The position numbers were made by a program, and so were the translations under genes. A stretch of 64,000 bases of DNA from Candidatus Wolframiiraptor gerlachensis (lineage in GTDB: Archaea > Thermoproteota > Nitrososphaeria_A > Caldarchaeales > Wolframiiraptoraceae). Positions within the stretch are counted from its first letter, which is position 1; each line of letters opens with the position of its first letter. The DNA lies in NCBI GenBank assembly GCA_021323375.2, contig JAJPCT020000016.1, positions 1 to 64,000 of the forward strand, written 5' to 3'. Shown here one piece after another: positions 29,594 through 38,432 of this stretch. The notes beneath the pieces were generated by a model, which was given only the letters and a program-made list of their open reading frames with translations, did no database searches and was not told the DNA's origin.

Positions 29594-30841
29594 ATGCCGG
29601 GGATAGTGATAGTCGGGCTCCAGTGGGGAGATGAGGGCAAGGGCAAGATATCATATCTGTTATGCAGGGATGCCGATTGTGTTGTCAGGTTTCAGGGAGG
29701 CGCGAACGCCGGCCACACCGTCGTTATTGAGGGGAGAAAGCTCAAGTTCAATATCCTTCCAGCAGGCTCGGCGGCTGGGGCGAGGCCATGTATAGCATCA
29801 GGAACGGTCGTTGATCTCGATGAGGTCTTCGAAGAGCTTGAGATGCTGAGGTCTATAGGCCTCGAGGCGAGGCTCATGATAAGTAGATCCGCCAGCGTTG
29901 TCCTCCCGATACATAAGAAGCTCGACTCGAGGATCGAGGAGGCTAGGGGTGGGAGCGCTGTTGGGACGACTAGGAGGGGTATAGGGCCGACATACTCGGA
30001 TAAGGCGCTGAGGACGGGGCTTAGGATTGAGGACCTACTCAACCCCGATGATCTTAGGGATAAGCTCGAGATCCTGAAGAGGCTCCATGGAGAAGAGCCG
30101 GACGACTTCGAGAACCTCAGGAGGATCGGTGAGAAGATAGCGCCCTACGTTGGGGATGTTGAGCTATATGTCAATGATGTCTTGGATGAGGGTGGGAAGG
30201 TTGTCTTTGAGGGAGCTCAGGGGACGCTGCTAGACATAGATCATGGCACCTATCCATATGTTACCTCCTCGAATACGATAGCTGGCGCGGCGTGCACGGG
30301 CTGCGGCGTCGGGCCCACGAGGATAAACGAGGTAGTCGGCGTCGCGAAGGCTTATACAACTAGGGTTGGCGCTGGCGTCTTCCCAACCGAGGTTGGGGGT
30401 GAACTGGGCGAGAGGCTCCGAGAGGTCGGCCAAGAGTATGGCACAACAACCGGCAGACCTAGAAGGGTTGGATGGCTCGACATCCCACTTCTCAGATACG
30501 CGATAAGAGTAAGCAATGTGGACTGGATAGCCTTGACAAAGCTCGATGTTCTAAGCGGCTTAGATAAGATCAAGATATGCGTCGAGTATGAATATAATGG
30601 TAAGGCTTTGGGGATCGCCCCGCCTGCTGTGAGGCTTCTCAGCAAGGTTAAGCCCGTCTATGAGGAGGTTAAGGGCTGGGGGAAGATCTCCAAGGATGAG
30701 TGGAGGAGGATCTCTAAGAGAGGGTGGGAGGCCCTTCCTGATGAGGCCAAAGCGTATGTGGAGCTCCTTGAGGATCTACTGGGCAAGCCTATCAAGCTGA
30801 TATCTATCGGGGCTGATACTGGAATGGAGGTTGAGAAGTAG
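29594..30841 (+). CDS. purA: Adenylosuccinate synthetase
   Basis: QWGDEGKGK, GGANAGHT, EGAQG and GTTTGRPRR motifs. Confidence 0.97.
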   Translation: MPGIVIVGLQWGDEGKGKISYLLCRDADCVVRFQGGANAGHTVVIEGRKLKFNILPAGSAAGARPCIASGTVVDLDEVFEELEMLRSIGLEARLMISRSASVVLPIHKKLDSRIEEARGGSAVGTTRRGIGPTYSDKALRTGLRIEDLLNPDDLRDKLEILKRLHGEEPDDFENLRRIGEKIAPYVGDVELYVNDVLDEGGKVVFEGAQGTLLDIDHGTYPYVTSSNTIAGAACTGCGVGPTRINEVVGVAKAYTTRVGAGVFPTEVGGELGERLREVGQEYGTTTGRPRRVGWLDIPLLRYAIRVSNVDWIALTKLDVLSGLDKIKICVEYEYNGKALGIAPPAVRLLSKVKPVYEEVKGWGKISKDEWRRISKRGWEALPDEAKAYVELLEDLLGKPIKLISIGADTGMEVEK

Positions 30842-32236
30842 ATGGACCCCCTAGAGGCAATAACACCGATAGATGGTAGGTATAGGGAAAAGCTTGAGCA
30901 CCTATCAAGATACTTCTCAGAATACGCGCTGATAAGGGAGAGGGCTAGGGTCGAGCTGGAATACTTGGCGAAGCTCGTCGAGGAGGTTGAGTCCGGGAAG
31001 ATAGTCGGCCTGCCGCTGAAATGGAAGGAGGTTCTAAGGGTCATAGGAGAGGAGGTCTCTATCGAGGATGCTAGGAGGGTTAAGGAGCTTGAGAAGACGC
31101 TTGGCCACGATGTCGCAGCCCTTATCAGCTTTCTTAGGGAGAAGCTTCATGATTACGGTCTCGGGATCCTCGCGCCATACATCCATATTGGATTAACCTC
31201 CGAGGACGTGAATAATCTCGCGCTCTCTAGGCTGCTTCACAGGTTTAATCAGGAGGCCTTAGTCCCGGCGCTTGTAAGCCTTATAGAGACCTTATCATCG
31301 CTCGCCCTAGAGCATGTTGACACGGTGATGCTCGGAAGGACACATGGCGTCCCAGCGGTTCCAACAACCTTCGGCAAGTTCCTAGCGAACTATGCTTATA
31401 GGGTGGCGAGGATTGCGGAGGAGCTATACTCCTTCAAGTTCCCCGGAAAGCTGGGTGGGGCTGTTGGAGACTTCTCAGCCCTAAAAGTCGCCTACCCGAA
31501 TATGGACTGGATCGAGTTCGCGAGATCATTTATCGAGTCGATGGGCTTGGAGTATTTCCCAGCAGCTACACAGATCCTGCCGCATGACCGGATCTCAGAT
31601 TACCTGCTGAAGGTCTCTATCCTAGACTCCATACTCTCGAACCTCTGCAGGGATCTATGGATGCTCTCATCGCTCGGCCTCCTAGTATTCGGGATAAGGG
31701 AGAAGGAGATACACTCTTCAACAATGCCTCATAAGTCCAACCCGATACTCCTCGAGAATGCTGAGGGAGCCTTCGACCTCGCATCTGAGAGCCTAGCATA
31801 CATAGCGAGGAGGCTTATCTCGAGCAGGCTCCAGAGGGATCTATCCGACTCGATAATCAAGAGGTTCTATGGAATGCCGCTCTCATTGACAATACTCGGC
31901 ATAAGGAACTTGGAGGGAGCTTTAGAGAGGATGATCGTTAGGAAGGATGATATGCTTCTAGAGGTTGAGGGGCATCCAGAGGTCTTGGCAGAGGCCTATC
32001 AGGTCTACTTGAGGAAGCTCGGAGTGGAGGATGCTTATGAGCTTATCCAGCGGGCGGTTAGGAATGGATGGGACAATGTTGTCGAGGTACTGAGAAGCCA
32101 CCTGCCGGAGAGCGAGTATAGCAGGCTGGCGGATCTAAAGCCGTCAAGCTACATCGGCGAGGCGGAGAGGATTGCGATCCAGCTCCTCGATGAGGTCAAC
32201 AGGATCTACAAGAAGATCACGGCTGCTCAATCCTAA
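30842..32236 (+). CDS. purB: Adenylosuccinate lyase
   Basis: PIDGRY, GLTSEDVN, GRTHG, SSTMPHKSNP and SRLQRDLSDS motifs. Confidence 0.95.
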   Translation: MDPLEAITPIDGRYREKLEHLSRYFSEYALIRERARVELEYLAKLVEEVESGKIVGLPLKWKEVLRVIGEEVSIEDARRVKELEKTLGHDVAALISFLREKLHDYGLGILAPYIHIGLTSEDVNNLALSRLLHRFNQEALVPALVSLIETLSSLALEHVDTVMLGRTHGVPAVPTTFGKFLANYAYRVARIAEELYSFKFPGKLGGAVGDFSALKVAYPNMDWIEFARSFIESMGLEYFPAATQILPHDRISDYLLKVSILDSILSNLCRDLWMLSSLGLLVFGIREKEIHSSTMPHKSNPILLENAEGAFDLASESLAYIARRLISSRLQRDLSDSIIKRFYGMPLSLTILGIRNLEGALERMIVRKDDMLLEVEGHPEVLAEAYQVYLRKLGVEDAYELIQRAVRNGWDNVVEVLRSHLPESEYSRLADLKPSSYIGEAERIAIQLLDEVNRIYKKITAAQS

Positions 32237-33119
32237 CCCCATCAACCCCAAGCCTGACCCTAAACACCTCAAACCTCCTCGAGACCACCGGGATTATTTT
32301 ATCCAGCTTATCCGGGTCCGCCACAGCTATCACGCAGCCGCCTCCACCAGCCCCGGTCAGCTTGGCACCATAAGCTCCCCCCTCCAAGCATAGGGCGATA
32401 GCCTCCTCTATCTCCGGCGACGACACCCCAACCATCCTCAGGAACTCCTGGTTCCTATTCATTAGCCTCCCGAGCTTTTCTAAGTCTCTGCTCCTCAGAT
32501 AATCCAGCCCCTCCATAATCATCCTCCCAACCTCATCAAGAAGCTGCTTGAATAGCTCAGGCTTCTTCTCGCTGAACTCCCTCACCCTCAGCACCAAGTC
32601 CCCGGTCCTCCTCTGCCTGCCGGTGTTCACGACTAGGATCTCCTCGAGCCCAATGTCGAGCCTCCTATATCCATCCGACCGCGTGTAGAGCCCGGATCCA
32701 CCGAATGTGGCGATCGAGGTGTCCATCCCGGATGGCATGTAGTGAACTATTTTCTCGCCCTCATACGATGCTTCGAGTATCAGGCTGTGGTCGACCCTTC
32801 CCGTCAGCAGATGGAGTGCTGCTGCCGAGGATGATGCGGCGACCGCGGCCGATGAGCCGAGCCCAACACTCTGAGGTATCTTGGACCTGATCTCTATCAC
32901 GAGGCCCGCACTCGCGCCTAGCCTGCTTAGAATGTACTCGGCAGCCCTCACCGCCGGACTGCCGCGGGATCCATCTCTCAGCCTAACACCACCCGATCTC
33001 GCAAGCTCAACGATCGCGGTTGCCCTGAGATCTATTGAGGCCACGATCGCGGGAGACCCATGAACGACGAAGTGCTCGCCGAATAATATTACCTTCCCCG
33101 GGGCCGATGCAGTCCTCAT
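32217..33119 (-). CDS. mvk: Mevalonate kinase
   Basis: APGKVILFGEHFVVHG, GLGSSAA and KLTGAGGGG motifs. Confidence 0.95.
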   Translation of the reverse strand: MRTASAPGKVILFGEHFVVHGSPAIVASIDLRATAIVELARSGGVRLRDGSRGSPAVRAAEYILSRLGASAGLVIEIRSKIPQSVGLGSSAAVAASSSAAALHLLTGRVDHSLILEASYEGEKIVHYMPSGMDTSIATFGGSGLYTRSDGYRRLDIGLEEILVVNTGRQRRTGDLVLRVREFSEKKPELFKQLLDEVGRMIMEGLDYLRSRDLEKLGRLMNRNQEFLRMVGVSSPEIEEAIALCLEGGAYGAKLTGAGGGGCVIAVADPDKLDKIIPVVSRRFEVFRVRLGVDGVRIEQP

Positions 33120-33826
33120 TCCTCCTCATGCTCCCTCCTACTCCTGACTATCATCGGGATGACGATCTCATCTATGTACTCTATGAACTCCGACTCCGGC
33201 ATCCTTGTGAATGACGTGATGACACAGTTCCTCGTCAGCCCCATAACCCTATTGGTCCCGGCCACCGTGAATACTATATACCATATCTTTCCATGTTTCA
33301 GGTACTCTTCGTAGAGCGCCGTGTTCTTCAGCGAGTCGCCGTAGAGGGCGAGCTTATCGACATCAACGAAGTCGAGGTCGTCGAAGTATATCACCTTTGT
33401 TCCTTCCGGGTTTCTTTCATGAAACTCTCTCATGACCGATGGTGCGATCCTAGCCTCTGTGATCGCCTTATAGGATAGGAAGAGGTGGTGGGAGAGTAGT
33501 GAGGCAACAGCATTCGCGAAATGCTTCTCCTGAACCACCGTGAGAAGCGTGAGACCCTCGGCTCTCCTGAAGATTATCCTCGCCTCAACGGTCTTGAGGA
33601 CTGGCACAAGCCTCCCCCTCTGATTAACTGTTATCAACTTATCCCTGCTGAACACGCCCTCAAGCCTATCACTTTTTAGATCCAGATCCCTTACCTCTGT
33701 TATGAGCTCAAATTGCTGGCCATCCGCCTCTCTCTCCTCGATAAGCCTATAGCCCATCAGCTTGTCAGCTATCTCCTCGAGTGTTGTCTCAGCCCTTATC
33801 TCGAAGATCTTTGCGGCTAGCGGCAT
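33116..33826 (-). CDS. Conserved hypothetical protein coupled to mvk
   Basis: 236-aa ORF with typical composition and a 4-nt overlap with mvk; no recognisable motif. Confidence 0.75.
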   Translation of the reverse strand: MPLAAKIFEIRAETTLEEIADKLMGYRLIEEREADGQQFELITEVRDLDLKSDRLEGVFSRDKLITVNQRGRLVPVLKTVEARIIFRRAEGLTLLTVVQEKHFANAVASLLSHHLFLSYKAITEARIAPSVMREFHERNPEGTKVIYFDDLDFVDVDKLALYGDSLKNTALYEEYLKHGKIWYIVFTVAGTNRVMGLTRNCVITSFTRMPESEFIEYIDEIVIPMIVRSRREHEEE

Positions 33827-33850
33827 CTAGTGGTGGGGATGCCACCGAGC

Positions 33851-34765
33851 TCATAAAGATAGCTTGCGGCCGCGTCGGGGTAGGGCCCGCTCATAGACCA
33901 GTATCGTGAGGATTGTCGCGGCGGCTGAGGCGGCGATTAGTTGGAGCGTTTCATTCAGGCTTGTGAGCGCCCATGGTCTTAGGAGCATTGAGATGGCGAG
34001 CGCGATCATCAGGTAGCCCGAGAAGAGCTTTATCCTCCTCGACCATGCTTCCGAGATCCTCATTCTGCCCAAGGTGTATGCGAAGACGAGGACTATCCCG
34101 AGCATCGGCATGACATATATCATGTTGTAGAGCGCGAGGTAGATGTAATACTCCACATGGCCTATGCCGAGTGATGAGAGGAGGCTCGTATAGTATAGTG
34201 GGAAGCCCGGGGTGCAGGCGAGCTCGTATATGTTGACTGTGAACGCGAGCGCGGCCGAGCCAGCCGCTAGAGCCCCTAGAGAGCTTACGCGTAGAAGCCT
34301 TCTAGCGGATCTACCAACTTGGGCGAGGCTTTTCTCGGATGCGCCTAGGGATGGGCCGAGTCCATGGGCGAAATAGTCCTTCACGTTCAAGGCTCCAGCA
34401 GCCGCCACCATTATCATCACTATGAGGAAGAATGGGCCAAAGCCGCTCAGTATCCTGAAGACGTTGAGTACCGCGGCCATAAAGAAGAAGTAGGCGAGAC
34501 CTGAGATGAGGACGAATATCCCGCCGACTAAGAGGATGCGGGCGCGATCCCTCGCGTATATCAGGATACTGAGGAGGAATGTCAGGATGTAGAAGGCGCA
34601 GGGATTAACGCTATCCATCCCTGCGATCACGAGCGTGAGCCAGAGGAGGTTCTCGCCTGCGTTGCCGTCATCAAGCTGAGCCCCCATAGGGCCTAGCATA
34701 AATGCTAAGGATAACATGATAAGAACCGCTGCGAAGAATCCCCAAGCGATCCGCGAAGCCTTCAA
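33851..34765 (-). CDS. CcdA/DsbD-like membrane thiol-disulfide transporter
   Basis: DSVNPCAF and ELACTPGFP paired Cys motifs in multiple TM helices. Confidence 0.8.
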   Translation of the reverse strand: MKASRIAWGFFAAVLIMLSLAFMLGPMGAQLDDGNAGENLLWLTLVIAGMDSVNPCAFYILTFLLSILIYARDRARILLVGGIFVLISGLAYFFFMAAVLNVFRILSGFGPFFLIVMIMVAAAGALNVKDYFAHGLGPSLGASEKSLAQVGRSARRLLRVSSLGALAAGSAALAFTVNIYELACTPGFPLYYTSLLSSLGIGHVEYYIYLALYNMIYVMPMLGIVLVFAYTLGRMRISEAWSRRIKLFSGYLMIALAISMLLRPWALTSLNETLQLIAASAAATILTILVYERALPRRGRKLSL

Positions 34766-34814
34766 CCTCGATGACTTTTCTCAGCCATGGGATCTAGAAA
34801 ATTTTTCCATTCAG

Positions 34815-35297
34815 TTAGAGGTCTTTCTCGGCGCGATAAGCATCCCTGCCACGGCCATAATAATCCTTCAGCCTAGATGCGAAGGTGTATCCGAGTGACT
34901 TATAGAGCCTTATCGCGGGCTCGTTATCAACCGCCACCTCTAGGATCGCCCTCTCGCATCCGAGCTTCCTGAACTCGTTCTCGAGGCTTTTCAGGAGGGC
35001 TGCGCCGACGCCCCTTCTCCGGAAATCCGGCCTAACATCAAGCGTGTAGACATGGCCCACGACTCGGCCGCCGATCTTCTCAACTCTTCCTATCGCTGAG
35101 CCCACTATTTCGCCCTCCCCCGTAACAGCCTTCAAGGGGATGGAGCTTGGATCTATCAGGAGAAGTCTTAGAAACTGTTTCGAGTAGGCATCCCTGCCGA
35201 AGCAGGTTCTCTCCAGTTCATACATCCTCTCGAGATCCTCTAGGCTCGCCTGCTCGATCCTAATGCTCCTCGCTGGGCTCACGTAATTCATCAGCAT
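34815..35297 (-). CDS. rimI: GNAT N-acetyltransferase (RimI/Ard1-like)
   Basis: LDVRPDFRRRGVG, LEVAVDNEPAIRLY and YY..G.DA motifs. Confidence 0.85.
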   Translation of the reverse strand: MLMNYVSPARSIRIEQASLEDLERMYELERTCFGRDAYSKQFLRLLLIDPSSIPLKAVTGEGEIVGSAIGRVEKIGGRVVGHVYTLDVRPDFRRRGVGAALLKSLENEFRKLGCERAILEVAVDNEPAIRLYKSLGYTFASRLKDYYGRGRDAYRAEKDL

Positions 35298-35349
35298 GCC
35301 TTATATGATTCTATACTTCTCATCAAATACTTTAAGCCTTTCCTCTGAC

Positions 35350-35549
35350 ACGTCCCCCTCTTGTGATGCTTCTCTAGCCACCTCTCCCGTAGTGATCCCT
35401 GCGGCTATCGAAGAGTGTATCCCTTATGATATTTCCTTTTTTCTGTGATCCAGAAAATATGTCTTCTCATCACATATATCCTATCTCCCCGCTTATCAAG
35501 CCCATCCCCAGAACTGTTTTCTACACCCCTTGCATATCACTTGAACCAT
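35350..35549 (-). pseudogene. Possible decayed small Zn-ribbon gene
   Basis: ATG 35549 gives MVQVICKGC...; another frame gives KRGDRIYVMRRH...HKG; interrupted by stops and shifts. Confidence 0.3.
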
Positions 35550-35764
35550 CCCCATTTTCGGGATGGTCCTTAATGAATAAGTGGGGACCCGTGTCGGGGA
35601 TATGTGGGGATGTTATTGCCCGGGGTTCTAGCCGGGATTTTTGTCCTCTAGAATCTTGGCGGGATTGAGGGTTTCGCCAGGGCTTATGCCCAGCATTTTA
35701 GGGGAATCCATGATGAGGGCGCTATGTGGCGAGCTCAGGAGCCTGCTTGAGGGAGGTGATATGG

Positions 35765-36635
35765 ATGGCTAGGATCTATTACGTTGATGTCACGATTCCC
35801 AGTGATAGGAAGAAGATACATGCGGGTCTTTGATGGTGGCAGGGTTTTCAGGGTTGGGAGGCTGAGCGAGCTGGAGGATGCCAGCGAGGTGTTCATTGAC
35901 GCGCTGTTTCCGGAGCCATATGAGGAGGTTCTTGAGCTGTTGAGGAGGGGTTAAGGCGTATCTGCTGAAAGATATTACCAAGTTGAGGAAGCTGAGGATG
36001 GAGAACAACTTGAAGAAGAGTGATGAGAATGATGCCATGCTACTTATACGAATTTCAAAAGAGAATTTTAGACCACTAGCGATTGAAGAACTGAGGCTCA
36101 GGATGCGAATGGAGCCGCTGATAAACAAATATGAGCGGATTATGCGATGGAAGAAGACCTTAAAGAGGCTGGTAAAGCGGGTCTTGATTGCAATTTCAGG
36201 GAGGTAGTAAGGCTTATGAACGCGGATAGACAGAAGATATCTGAGGAGGTTATTCGACAGGTGACCTCTCTTCCCATCCATGGTGAGGTTTATAGGAGGG
36301 CCTGCGAAATCCTCGGCGTTAAGAGGAGCGCCGAGCTAGCCATACTGGCGGTAAGGCTACCACTTCATCTACCGATGGTAAGATTGAAAGGACTATTGGG
36401 ATTGATTCCGGGCGGAAATGGAGGGCGATATAACCATGAACTGAGAGCACATATTGCAAGCTTTGCAGCAACTCTCTACATGAATGCTAAAAGACATGTG
36501 AATGCTTCGGATAAAGTTGCTGAGGTCGTTAATTGTCTACCAAAGAAGATGGCATTATGCAAGTTACAGCTAATGACTGTAAAGGCGTTACGGATAGCAT
36601 ATATTATGACTGTGAAGCCGCTGGTCGGCGAGTAG
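35765..36635 (+). pseudogene. IS110/Nop-like RuvC-fold protein (about 290 aa when three frameshifts are repaired)
   Basis: SD GGAGGTGA; MARIYYVDV...HAVFDG...VFIDALF...KKSDENDA...coiled coil...EILGVKRSAELAILA...LKGLLGLIPGGNGGRYNHELRAHI; frameshifts near 35825, 35949 and 36178. Confidence 0.7.
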
Positions 36636-36758
36636 TAAAAGCCATAAAGACTGGTGAGGTTACACCCGGATTCCCACCATGGAGGATTTCATGAATCCAT
36701 GGATGATTTTATATGGTTCCCCTGCCGGTCTTTATGGCTACGAGGACTCGTCGGCCAG
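36621..36758 (+). ncRNA. Candidate structured RNA (bridge/seek-RNA-like stem-loop)
   Basis: Nested stems CTGGTCGGCGAGT/ACTCGTCGGCCAG, GCCATAAAGACTGG/CCGGTCTTTATGGC and CCATGG/CCATGG enclosing an internal loop; followed by a T-run. Confidence 0.55.
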
Positions 36759-36896
36759 TCCCACCCCCTAATCCCCTTTTTTATTAATTAAGTCTAGACT
36801 GGGAAGGGGAATGAAAACGAACCTAGATCTTAGTCTACTACTGAATTTTTATCTGGAAGAATTACTCAAGTTTGTTACTCGTGGGGTGCTGGAATT

Positions 36897-37685
36897 TTGG
36901 GGCCGCCGCTAATAATAGTGAAGCTCGGGGGATCTTTGATAACGGATAAGAGCCGGAGGTTCTCGCTAAACGCTGATGTGGTTAAGAGACTTGGAAGGGA
37001 GCTCGCCGAGGCTGTCAAGGAGTCGGGCGTGGATCTGATAGTCGTTCATGGAGGCGGATCATATGCTCATCCAATTGCTAAGGAGTACTTGGTCTCAGAG
37101 GGCTTAAGGAGCAAGGGGGGCTTGAGGGGCTTCGTCGAGACATCGAGGGTAGTTCGGATGCTCTGCCTCGATGTTCTCTCAAACCTTGTCGAAGGCGGCT
37201 TGATGGCAATATCAATACCAGCATCATCAATATTCACGACGAGATCAGGTAGGATAAGCACCTGTAATCTCGAGCCAGTATTTTCGGCATTGAGGCTTGG
37301 CCTCGTCCCAGTAACATCTGGCGATGTGGTTTTTGACCGGGATTTGGGGTTCACCGTCCTATCCGGAGATGAGATAAGCTCTTACCTGGCTGTCAGGCTC
37401 CGGGCGAAGAGGCTCATTTACACCATGAATGTGGATGGGATTTATGTTAGGGACTGGACGACCGGGGGAGTCAAGGTTGCCGAGGAATTCTCCCGGGGCA
37501 TGAGCATAGTGCCAGTCGGAGGCGAAGTCGAGGATGTCACGGGCGGGATAGCGAGGAAGATAGAGGAGGGCTTCATGGCAGCCGAAGCCGGAGTCGAGGT
37601 GCTATTCATCAATGGATTAGCCGAGAATAGGTTGAAGAATGCTATTTTGGGGCTGCCTGTTCCCGGGACGAGGCTTAAGCCTTAG
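36897..37685 (+). CDS. ipk: Isopentenyl phosphate kinase
   Basis: KLGGSLITDK, VHGGGSYAH, GDVV..SGD and DVTGG motifs. Confidence 0.9.
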   Translation: MGPPLIIVKLGGSLITDKSRRFSLNADVVKRLGRELAEAVKESGVDLIVVHGGGSYAHPIAKEYLVSEGLRSKGGLRGFVETSRVVRMLCLDVLSNLVEGGLMAISIPASSIFTTRSGRISTCNLEPVFSALRLGLVPVTSGDVVFDRDLGFTVLSGDEISSYLAVRLRAKRLIYTMNVDGIYVRDWTTGGVKVAEEFSRGMSIVPVGGEVEDVTGGIARKIEEGFMAAEAGVEVLFINGLAENRLKNAILGLPVPGTRLKP

Positions 37686-38328
37686 CCTGCTGGACCCTTA
37701 TCTGGAGGAATTCCTCGGGCTTAAGCTTCTCAGAGAGCTCGGGCGTCAGCTCACCCCTCTCCATCAAGACCCTCCTAGCCAGATACCAGAAGGCGTATGG
37801 TAGGGCCAGCCTCCCCCTATTATTTACCGGGATCACGAGATCGACGTTCGAGATCATGTTATCCGTGCTACACATGGCTATAACGGGGATCCGGGCTATC
37901 TTCGCCTCCATCACCGCCTGGTTATCATATCTCGGGTCGGAGACGAGAACAAGCCCCGGCTCTAAATATGTCTTAAGGCTCGGGTTGGTGAATGTGCCGG
38001 GCTCAAATTTCTCCACTATTGGTATGCAGCCCGTGTACTCACAGAACTTCCGGACTGGGACAACGCCATAGACGTGGGTTGAGACGACGACCACCTCCTC
38101 GGGCCTATAATATGAGATGAACCTAGCCGCGATATTCAGCCTCTCGATAATCTTGTTCAGGTCTATAAGATAGACACCATCAGGCCTAAGCTTGAAGATG
38201 AACTTCTCCATGTGCTTGACCTTTATCTTTGAGCCTATGTAGAGGCCATTCTTGATGAAGAGTTCCTGAATATTCTCCATCGAGTCTATGGATCCCTCAC
38301 TCATGCCCGCTTCCAGCCCGATAATCAA
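37675..38328 (-). CDS. rps2: 30S ribosomal protein S2 (uS2); start probably 38304 or later
   Basis: RPDGVYLIDL, FEPGTFTNP, DPRYDNQAV.EA and VIPVNNRG motifs. Confidence 0.95.
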   Translation of the reverse strand: MIIGLEAGMSEGSIDSMENIQELFIKNGLYIGSKIKVKHMEKFIFKLRPDGVYLIDLNKIIERLNIAARFISYYRPEEVVVVSTHVYGVVPVRKFCEYTGCIPIVEKFEPGTFTNPSLKTYLEPGLVLVSDPRYDNQAVMEAKIARIPVIAMCSTDNMISNVDLVIPVNNRGRLALPYAFWYLARRVLMERGELTPELSEKLKPEEFLQIRVQQAKA

Positions 38329-38432
38329 ATCCTTTAAAAAACATTACTGTAAGATGGTCTGGAGATCTTCTAGGCTCGTGAAGGCGTCTCCTCTGGGGGA
38401 TCTTTGCGTGGGAGGGAAGAGTGTTTCGGCTT

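Larger units (their letters stand above)
35570..36790 (+). mobile_element. Putative IS110-related element (gene plus structured left and right non-coding ends); boundaries approximate
   Basis: Pseudogene with IS110-like motifs and long stem-loops on both sides; weak inverted repeat TAATGAATAAGTGGGGA (35571-87) vs TCCCCTTTTTTATTAATTA (36772-90). Confidence 0.55.

Noticed and set aside
35710-35750. ATGATGA as the C box of another C/D sRNA
   Set aside because: No CTGA D box or C' box at the right spacing.
35820-36180. Programmed frameshifting in the IS110-like gene
   Set aside because: Three independent shifts without classic slippery heptamers are better explained by decay or sequencing error.
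35570-36790. Canonical TIGR array or CRISPR array beside the RuvC/Nop-like gene
   Set aside because: There are no tandem, regularly spaced repeat units, only two dispersed stem-loops. No CRISPR repeats or cas genes were seen anywhere in the window.
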